Source: a virus (lineage: Duplodnaviria; Caudoviricetes). From it: DNA of 64,000 nt. The notes below the pieces were generated by a model. It saw nothing but the letters and a program-made list of their open reading frames with translations, did not search any database and had not been told where the DNA came from. The stretch lies in IMG/VR virus record IMGVR_UViG_3300033148_005058, positions 1,187-65,186 of that record, one strand, 5' to 3'. This document shows positions 56,837-64,000 of this stretch, in pieces; the stretch's first letter is position 1; each line of letters opens with the position of its first letter. The position numbers and the translations under genes are program-made.

Positions 56837-58234
56837 ATGACTGACCAGAAACAACCTGGATGGCTCAATCGTTTGGTTGCTAAGGTAAAGAAGACCTTTC
56901 GTCCAGCCGTTCCAGCACCTAAGAATACATCGACATCAGGTGTAACTAATGCTTCTGTAGGTACGCTAAAGTCGGCTTTTTTCAATGTCAAATCGAAACG
57001 TGCAGCAATTTATTCTGACGCTGAAGAGATGGATGCTACTGTAGACGAAGTTGCTACAGCGCTGGATATTCTAGCAGACAATTCAGTGAATTCTGAGGAT
57101 GGCACTAGAGGAGCCTTTCGAGTTATTTTCCAAAAAGGCGAGACGCCCATTGTGGAGCAAGTTATAAAAAGGACCAGGTGGCGCGAGAAAGCCTATGCTA
57201 TTGCACGTGATACTCTTTTATATGGGGATACGTTCCTACAATATGTTATAGATCGAGATCTTCGGATCGTTCGCCTGATGTATATGCCTCCAAAATCTAT
57301 GATACGAAATGAGGATCAGTTTGGTTTGCTTTTAGAGGGGAAGGATGAGGGTAAAGCTGCTTTTGAGCAATATCAACCTGGGACGAACCAACGTATTGCC
57401 TGGTGGTACCCCTGGCAGATAGAACATATTCGCTGGAATCGCAGTGGTGCGCGTGTATATGGGCGTTCCTTACTCTATACAGCACGGACTGCCTGGAAGA
57501 AATGGCAGGCAATGGAAGAGGCATTGGTTATCAACTGGCTGACCAGAGCCTTTGCACGGCTATTATTTATTCTCGATGTTACTGGAAAAACGCCTAAAGA
57601 AGCTGAAGCATATATCAAAGCCTTTGCCAGATCTTTGACTACTAGGAACATTGCCTCTGGAGTGAAGGGCGACGAAGCCCTATCAGTGGTGAAGGACATT
57701 TATATTGGCCGAGCAATGCACGATATGGGTGGGCGGCTTTATCCAGGGCAGACGGATGTTAAGGTATTAGACACGTCCAATTCAGGCTTTTTGAACTTGA
57801 ATCCTATTGAATACTACCAGAACAAAGTGCTTACGTCCTTACGAGTGCCTAAAGCACATCTAGGCTTGGAGCGGGACATCAATGCTAAAGCAACGCTACA
57901 ACAACAAGATAGGCGTTTTTTGAGGATTCTCCGTAGGATCCAGGCAATGCTCAGTGAATCTATCGATCACACGATTAAACTCCAATTAGCCTTACTGGGT
58001 ATCGATCCTGATAGCGTTGAATACACGATTATGTGGCCTACGCCTAGCTGGGCGGATATGTTGGATGAAAGTGCTGCTACAAAGAACTTTGCTGAAGCAG
58101 ATGAAAAGTTGCTGGCCTGGGGCCTAGTAGATTCAGAATATGTTCAAACTAAGCATTTAGGAATGTCTGCAGTAGAAATTGATAGGATAAAGGCTACACC
58201 AAAACAAGAGGTGCCGCCAGAAGGAGAAAAATAA
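56837..58234 (+). CDS. Portal protein (T4 gp20-like)
   Basis: EVATALDILAD, LYGD.F, MEEALVI..LTRA..R..F.LDV, EYYQNK..LRVP, QD.RF. Confidence 0.88.
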   Translation: MTDQKQPGWLNRLVAKVKKTFRPAVPAPKNTSTSGVTNASVGTLKSAFFNVKSKRAAIYSDAEEMDATVDEVATALDILADNSVNSEDGTRGAFRVIFQKGETPIVEQVIKRTRWREKAYAIARDTLLYGDTFLQYVIDRDLRIVRLMYMPPKSMIRNEDQFGLLLEGKDEGKAAFEQYQPGTNQRIAWWYPWQIEHIRWNRSGARVYGRSLLYTARTAWKKWQAMEEALVINWLTRAFARLLFILDVTGKTPKEAEAYIKAFARSLTTRNIASGVKGDEALSVVKDIYIGRAMHDMGGRLYPGQTDVKVLDTSNSGFLNLNPIEYYQNKVLTSLRVPKAHLGLERDINAKATLQQQDRRFLRILRRIQAMLSESIDHTIKLQLALLGIDPDSVEYTIMWPTPSWADMLDESAATKNFAEADEKLLAWGLVDSEYVQTKHLGMSAVEIDRIKATPKQEVPPEGEK

Positions 58235-58235
58235 A

Positions 58236-59609
58236 ATGCCATTTAGAAAAAATACTACACCCAGACGACTTGCAGGTAAGAACATCCCTCAGAAATATAT
58301 CAACCAGTTCATTGCAGTATTCAACAGCGTCTATAAAAAGACGAAGGATGAAGGAGCTGCCTACCGGCAGGCTTATGGTGTTATGAACAAGTCGTTGTAT
58401 AAGGATGGATACCGTAAGGGTAGAGATGGTAAATGGAGTAAGTCGCATGAAGCATTAGAGAGTCTACCCGACTACTCAGCAACTATGGGCCAACCGATTA
58501 CTTGGACAGAGGAACTAACCCTGGACAAAGCACTAAGAGAGGGCTTCCATTTTGAGGGCGTTGCCCTTATTGATAACTCCGTTAGCCAACTTGGAACAGG
58601 CTGGGAAAGGTATTATTCACCGGAATTCAATGACCGTTGTATGGAAAACACTAATAAGTTTATGGACTTGGGCCACACAGTAACGATGTACAATACCCAC
58701 GGAAGTGCAATGGGCTCTATGTTCGGCGCTTCGACTAAGAATCCCATTGGAAAGGTACAAGGAGAACTATGGAGAGATGGCCCTGAGATCAAGTATCATG
58801 GATTTATCTCGGCCACGGCGGAGGGGCAAGATGTTATTCGCCTTCTATTTGATACAGTTATGGGTGAATCGTCTGTCCGCATGGCAGAAGTCCAAAGTAT
58901 TTTACACAGTCTTAGCGACGGTGATGCTGATGGAGATGAGGAAGGAGAGGATTATGGATACATAGAAGAGATGCAGTCTGCTCGCCTAGCCGGTATTGAC
59001 CTCTGTGATCATGCTGGCATAACAGGCGCGGGGCTTGTAAAGATTCTTGAAGAGTCTATGACATTTGCACTACCAGAATTAACCAGTGAGGAGGAAGACA
59101 TTGTGGAGATCAAATGGGAGGAATTGACCCTTGAAGAGTTGCTGGAAAATCGCAAGGACTTGCTAGACGACCATGTAGCTACTATGCTGGAGACGGTAAC
59201 TGTTCAGCAAGAAGCAACTCAAGCGGAGCTCGATGCGGCTAAAGTGGAGCTTGAAACGGCACAGGCGAAGATTGTCGCATTGAAAGAGGCTCCAGAGACA
59301 AATGAGGAAGATGCAGCGCGAATTGCATCCCTAGAACTCGATCTTGCAATCGAGCAGGCCGCGCAGATTGGGGTAGGGCGGGAGATTGCTGCGGCACTAA
59401 AGGAGGGTGTCACTACAATAGAAGACATTCCTAAAGTATTGGCAGCAGTGCGTGAGGAAGCCTTTATGCGCGCTTTGGCAGGTCAAAATAGGCCAGGCAT
59501 CGCAAAAGGGCAGGCGGCGTTTGAAGAGGATGATGCTGCTACAGAGGATAGTGATACAGAAGAGGCCCAGTACACAACTGAGCAGCTTTTGCTCATGCAC
59601 CTGGCTTAG
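58236..59609 (+). CDS. ChaB-like domain + prohead protease + scaffold
   Basis: N-terminal F..VFNS.Y....DE..A...AY; central protease-like region; acidic coiled-coil C-terminus; between portal and capsid. Confidence 0.65.
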   Translation: MPFRKNTTPRRLAGKNIPQKYINQFIAVFNSVYKKTKDEGAAYRQAYGVMNKSLYKDGYRKGRDGKWSKSHEALESLPDYSATMGQPITWTEELTLDKALREGFHFEGVALIDNSVSQLGTGWERYYSPEFNDRCMENTNKFMDLGHTVTMYNTHGSAMGSMFGASTKNPIGKVQGELWRDGPEIKYHGFISATAEGQDVIRLLFDTVMGESSVRMAEVQSILHSLSDGDADGDEEGEDYGYIEEMQSARLAGIDLCDHAGITGAGLVKILEESMTFALPELTSEEEDIVEIKWEELTLEELLENRKDLLDDHVATMLETVTVQQEATQAELDAAKVELETAQAKIVALKEAPETNEEDAARIASLELDLAIEQAAQIGVGREIAAALKEGVTTIEDIPKVLAAVREEAFMRALAGQNRPGIAKGQAAFEEDDAATEDSDTEEAQYTTEQLLLMHLA

Positions 59610-59645
59610 CAGATTCTGAAACGTGTATTATACTAAGGAGGTATT

Positions 59646-60848
59646 GTGGTGAATAAAGGTTTTGTACCTGATATGCAAGTGTTGGATCCAGGAGCAGCCT
59701 ATTCTGACTTTCTAAAAGGTAGGCGAGCTTATCTGGATGCTCTCGTAAGCAAGTGGGAATGGTTCTTGGGCTCAGGTACCAAGAAAAATCCTATGGAAGC
59801 CATACCACAGAAGCTATGGGAGCCTATGGCAATTCTGTTTGAGAATCAGAGCGTTATCAGTTCGGGGAGCCGTGTCCTTGAACAGACAATGACAACGGAC
59901 GTGACCTTGCCGGTCAAGTATGCTTTGCCAATTGTCCGTAAGGTTTTCCCGCAATTGATCCTGGCAAAGATCGCATCTATCCAGCCGATGCCCCTAACTT
60001 CGGGTGGAGTAATGCAGATTTTCTATCAGGATTTCAAACGCGAGGATGTTAGTCCAGAGACTAGCTTAACGGCTATGGACTCGGATTACGCCTTCAAGGG
60101 TGAGAACGAAGTTCCAAACCGCGTAAAGATGGAGATTACTAAGGAAACAGTTACCGCCACCAAGGACATCTTGGGTGCAAGCTGGTCCACTGAGGTTCAG
60201 GAGGATGCTCAGGGAGCTCTGAACGTTGATGTGGAGTCCGAGCTAGTCTCTAACTGTGCAGAAGAGATCCTTAGAGAGCTTGAATACCGTAGCCTTCGAG
60301 AGATCTTGAACGGCGCAGGCGCGGGCAATGTGAACTGGAGTTCTACAGTTGGTACAGGGCATACAAATAGGGAGTGGTATGAGACACTCCATCATGCCTT
60401 TATTGATGCTGAAAGTTTAATTTATGCACAGCGGTATCGAAATGCTGACTGGATCATCGGTGGCCGTACTCTTATTAGTTACGCGATGAAATCAGCAACT
60501 TGGAAACCTGCTGAGAAAATGTCACCGCCAGGGCCTCGCTCAATATCTGGGGTGGAGTTTGTAGGACGTGTCGAGGGCTTCTGGGATATTTACATGACCC
60601 CTTATATCCCTGCTGCACGAGGGATTATGGGTTGTTACCCCCGAAGCACTCTTGATACGGGCTACGTATTCGCTCCTTATATTCCATTGGCCCCTATGCC
60701 TTTGATCTACGCAGAGTTCAAAGGCCCATCGGATGCGACAATGCCTGGTGCTTATGTGAATACGGACAAGTGGTCCAGAAACGTTCGCACCCGCAATGCC
60801 AAGAAGATGGTTGTTTCTGAACTGTATTCAACAATCACAATTACTTAA
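59646..60848 (+). CDS. Major capsid protein (T4 gp23-like)
   Basis: LPIVRKVFPQL..SIQPM, WS.E..ED, EILRE, GYVFAPYIPL. Confidence 0.9.
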   Translation: MVNKGFVPDMQVLDPGAAYSDFLKGRRAYLDALVSKWEWFLGSGTKKNPMEAIPQKLWEPMAILFENQSVISSGSRVLEQTMTTDVTLPVKYALPIVRKVFPQLILAKIASIQPMPLTSGGVMQIFYQDFKREDVSPETSLTAMDSDYAFKGENEVPNRVKMEITKETVTATKDILGASWSTEVQEDAQGALNVDVESELVSNCAEEILRELEYRSLREILNGAGAGNVNWSSTVGTGHTNREWYETLHHAFIDAESLIYAQRYRNADWIIGGRTLISYAMKSATWKPAEKMSPPGPRSISGVEFVGRVEGFWDIYMTPYIPAARGIMGCYPRSTLDTGYVFAPYIPLAPMPLIYAEFKGPSDATMPGAYVNTDKWSRNVRTRNAKKMVVSELYSTITIT

Positions 60849-60874
60849 TCGTATCTGCTAAGGGGGACTTTAAG

Positions 60875-62740
60875 ATGCGAGTACGTAATCGAACAGGCGT
60901 TACGCAGATAGCGCCGAAAGGCAGCTTCCTCCCTCCGGGTATCTGGTTAGATGTCCCGGAGGAGGTAAGCTATGCCGATGCTGTATGGTTACACACACAG
61001 CGAATGGCCGATATTGCAGATATTCAAGATACAGAAGATCTCCTATGGAAGTCTCCAAGGGGGACATATCTGTATTGGCTAAGCCCTTTTAGTATGGGAG
61101 ATGGTTACGCGACTGCTGCTGAGAACCTGATACATGCTCTAAAAGGACAAGGGTGTCAAATAGAGATCCATCAATGCTGGTTTTTAACAACAGAGGGGCT
61201 CAGAACAGAAACAATAGAGATGCTACGTAAGCCCGCAACGGAATTGTATAGGGTAGGCTTGTGTATGGCTACGCCTGGCGAGTTCAAAAAGTTGCCAACA
61301 CCCTATAGAATTGGACTGACAATGTATGAGTCAGATAATCCCTTAATAAATCTACCAGAGTGGAAGCATGACTGTGGGGATGTTGATTTGCTAGTAGTTC
61401 CCTGCCAGTATTGTAAGGACGTTTTTGAGCAATTTGTAAAAGTACCGGTCAAGGTATCACCCTTGGCTATCAATCCACTTTACCATACAGCACGTAGGCG
61501 CGAGCCTAAAGACACATTTACTTTTATTACCTTTGGGACTTTATCTGGCCGGAAGGCTCCTTTGGAAACGCTAGAGGCGTTCAAGAAAGCCTTTCCATTG
61601 GCGCAATATCCTAATGTACGATTCGAGTTCAAAACTCGTTTGGGCTATTTCGGTTGGGGCCAAAACCAACTTCCAGACCTAGATGATCCCCGGGTGAGCA
61701 TTATCAGCGCAGATTGGTATTCCCAACAGATGCTTGACTGGATGCACAATGCGGATGCTATGGTATTTGCATCTAAAGGGGAAGGATTTGGAATGCCTCC
61801 TAGAGAGGCCATCGCTACAGGCTTGCCGACAATTCTATCAGAACACACAGGGTTGATTCCAATGTGTGATTCACAATACACTTACCCTATTCCAGTTGGC
61901 AAGGTTGAGGATTCTCCGTTGGGCGGCAACTGGTATCTGCCTGATTGGGACGCTCTTATTGAAACTATGCGTTGGGTGTATAGCCATCGAGAAGAAGCCT
62001 ATCAAAAAGGGCATCTCGCAGCAAAGTGGTTTGCAAGAGAACATGGGCCGGAAGTAGTAGGCCAGCATTTGCTTGATATTATCGAAGATATAGATCCTAA
62101 AGATTCAGCCGTTCGGCGTAATAGACAGCCTACTGCGCCGAAGCAAACTGTTGCTGACCATAAAGAGTTTTTTGATTGGCTAAGTAGCCTAGTTCCTCCA
62201 TCTAGCACTATCTGGGTTATGGGTGTAGGCGAGGGACTCCTTTACAAGGAATTGATACATCGAGGTTATGTTGTTGTAGGAGTAATACCTCCGGAAGATG
62301 AAAGCCGTGCGCGAAATAAACTTTTGAGTAGGGGAGTTGATACTCCGCAATTGCTTATTTGTCCCAAAGGGCTGCTTGACCCCCCTGTGCTCCGGCGGGC
62401 TAAAATGGCAATGCCTGCCGCTTGTGTTAGTATGGGTGTGCTACAACGGTTAGGAAACAGAGAGATCGTTCAAAGGATAAACAACCAACTAGGAGTTACT
62501 ACTCAGGTACTTTTCTCTGTCCCTTCGGTGTATTATCCCACATTCTATGAAGAGGGATCTCGCCTATTGCAGCATAGGAACTGGATGGACATTTTGGATA
62601 CTTTATCTTGTTCTTTGGATTCTTACGGTAAAGATGGTAGATTCCTGCGAGGCCGGGTATACAAGACAAGGTTAGCTAAAGGTGTTGCCCAGCGCCGTCA
62701 AGGTAGAGTTCTTCAAGGCGTATGGCACCCGAATAATTAG
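60875..62740 (+). CDS. GT4 glycosyltransferase fused to a degenerate methyltransferase-like domain
   Basis: DGYA, GRKA, SKGEGFGMPPREA.ATGLP; C-terminal VMGVGEG Rossmann-like segment. Confidence 0.85.
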   Translation: MRVRNRTGVTQIAPKGSFLPPGIWLDVPEEVSYADAVWLHTQRMADIADIQDTEDLLWKSPRGTYLYWLSPFSMGDGYATAAENLIHALKGQGCQIEIHQCWFLTTEGLRTETIEMLRKPATELYRVGLCMATPGEFKKLPTPYRIGLTMYESDNPLINLPEWKHDCGDVDLLVVPCQYCKDVFEQFVKVPVKVSPLAINPLYHTARRREPKDTFTFITFGTLSGRKAPLETLEAFKKAFPLAQYPNVRFEFKTRLGYFGWGQNQLPDLDDPRVSIISADWYSQQMLDWMHNADAMVFASKGEGFGMPPREAIATGLPTILSEHTGLIPMCDSQYTYPIPVGKVEDSPLGGNWYLPDWDALIETMRWVYSHREEAYQKGHLAAKWFAREHGPEVVGQHLLDIIEDIDPKDSAVRRNRQPTAPKQTVADHKEFFDWLSSLVPPSSTIWVMGVGEGLLYKELIHRGYVVVGVIPPEDESRARNKLLSRGVDTPQLLICPKGLLDPPVLRRAKMAMPAACVSMGVLQRLGNREIVQRINNQLGVTTQVLFSVPSVYYPTFYEEGSRLLQHRNWMDILDTLSCSLDSYGKDGRFLRGRVYKTRLAKGVAQRRQGRVLQGVWHPNN

Positions 62741-62748
62741 GAAATGCA

Positions 62749-63300
62749 ATGCTAGCAGAAGATCTCAGTTTGCACATTTTGGCCAAGAATGAAGAAGCTC
62801 TTTTGCCTCGGTTGTTAGAGCGGATGGACCCTTATGTCAGTGATATTGTTATTACCGACACAGGCTCTACAGATACTACTATTGCTTTAGCATTGGCTGC
62901 AGGTGCTCGGATATGCCAAACCACACTGGAGAGAGGCTTTGGGGAGGCCAGAAATGTCGGATTGAGTAGGGTTACTCTCCCATGGGTAATTCAAGTAGAT
63001 GCGGATGAGTGGCCGTCAGATGAGCTGCTACAGTGGCTTACTGGCTGGGTTCCCAATGCTGTTGTAGGAGGCGTTTGGATCCGTAGGCACAACTTGGTCG
63101 GTGGAAAAGCTATCGGGGAGCGTACCTTTGAGTGGCATCCGAGAATTTTCCGCAGTGGTTACAGATTTGTAGGGCTGCTGCATGAACACCCTGAAGCTCC
63201 TTATGAAACATTTGTGAGGGCTCCGGAAGAATGTCTCCTACTACACTACAAAACAGTAGTGCGGCAGGAACGGCAGAACGCTTTCTACGCTACGTTTTAA
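62749..63300 (+). CDS. GT2 glycosyltransferase
   Basis: AKNEE, DTGSTD, ARN, DADE, LHE. Confidence 0.88.
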   Translation: MLAEDLSLHILAKNEEALLPRLLERMDPYVSDIVITDTGSTDTTIALALAAGARICQTTLERGFGEARNVGLSRVTLPWVIQVDADEWPSDELLQWLTGWVPNAVVGGVWIRRHNLVGGKAIGERTFEWHPRIFRSGYRFVGLLHEHPEAPYETFVRAPEECLLLHYKTVVRQERQNAFYATF

Positions 63301-63313
63301 ATAGGAGGGCGTC

Positions 63314-64000
63314 GTGTTGCTAACGACGATCCGTACAGCGATAACAACAGACCGGATCACGACTGAAACAATTGCTACGGAGCGGCTTGATCGGATGATT
63401 GCAACTGCTGTAAGGGAGTATTCTCGATATGCCCCTATAATCGACTCAACTTTTATAACTACTGTTGCTGACCAAACTGAGTATAATTTAGAAGCCCTAA
63501 ACTGTCTGTGGGTACTGAGTTGTCTTTGGTGGCCTGTTGGACAGCTCTTTGCAGAATTACACGCTGGGGCGGAGCAGGTATATATTTTGAATAAGCCATC
63601 ACGCTATCATATGCCCTCAGAGCGTATTATTGACAATATCAATCAAAGTGCCCATATTCATGCGATGCAAGGTTTCTGGGAACAACGCAATCAGACATTG
63701 GTCATTTCCCCAGCGCCTACAACCGCTGCAACGGACAATCTTGAAATAACTTACGCTGCGCTACATGTGTTGAACGCTGATGAAACTGGCTATGATACTA
63801 TTCCAGATGAAGATTTAGATATTCTCGCGGATCTGGCAACTGCTAATTACCTTCAAGCCCGTATGAGTGAAATTGCTCTGGAAGCTGACTATGCAGAAGG
63901 GCTACAAAAATTGACTGTGCATTACGTGCCAGGCAATCTAAGAGAGACAATTAAAGTACTTCGACAAGGTGTCAAAGAAAAGTATGGTGGAACAGGAGTA
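63314..64000 (+). CDS. Putative head-tail adaptor, 3'-truncated by the window edge
   Basis: AGGAGG RBS, GTG start, frame open to the end of the window; AVREYSRYAP motif. Confidence 0.55.
   Translation, partial: MLLTTIRTAITTDRITTETIATERLDRMIATAVREYSRYAPIIDSTFITTVADQTEYNLEALNCLWVLSCLWWPVGQLFAELHAGAEQVYILNKPSRYHMPSERIIDNINQSAHIHAMQGFWEQRNQTLVISPAPTTAATDNLEITYAALHVLNADETGYDTIPDEDLDILADLATANYLQARMSEIALEADYAEGLQKLTVHYVPGNLRETIKVLRQGVKEKYGGTGV

Noticed and set aside
1-64000. Genome-wide stop codon reassignment
   Set aside because: Core genes are intact in code 11 and several end in TAG or TGA right before the next gene; only three small accessory genes have internal stops.

Overview
The window holds almost all of a tailed dsDNA phage (Caudoviricetes) genome, apparently circularly permuted: it begins inside the major tail gene and ends inside a head-tail adaptor gene. 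Layout: tail and lysis genes (+, 1-16.3 kb); replication and recombination genes (-, 16.4-31 kb: SNF2 helicase, RuvC-like resolvase, UDG-fused PolA, primase-helicase, SSB, AAA ATPase, Cas4-like nuclease); a long run of small early/accessory genes (-, 31-44 kb); then terminase, a large glycosylation cluster, a T4-like portal and capsid (+, 44.5-64 kb). I saw no integrase, repressor, tRNA, CRISPR array or reverse transcriptase. The host is tentatively Chloroflexota (inference only). Main signals missed by the ORF track: (1) 16 exact copies of TTGACATAA/TTATGTCAA, resembling a XerD half-site, 15 of them in 5.2 kb of the early region; (2) a 225-nt ORF-less group I intron splitting a virion gene; (3) three copies of a leftward promoter with 16-bp boxes at 24-bp periodicity; (4) about 7 glycosyltransferase domains plus a DesI/VioA-like aminotransferase and an acetyltransferase among the head genes; (5) three small genes each broken by one in-frame stop at a probable Trp codon; (6) a -1 frameshifted tail chaperone. 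All product calls come from motif recognition by eye, not database searches.
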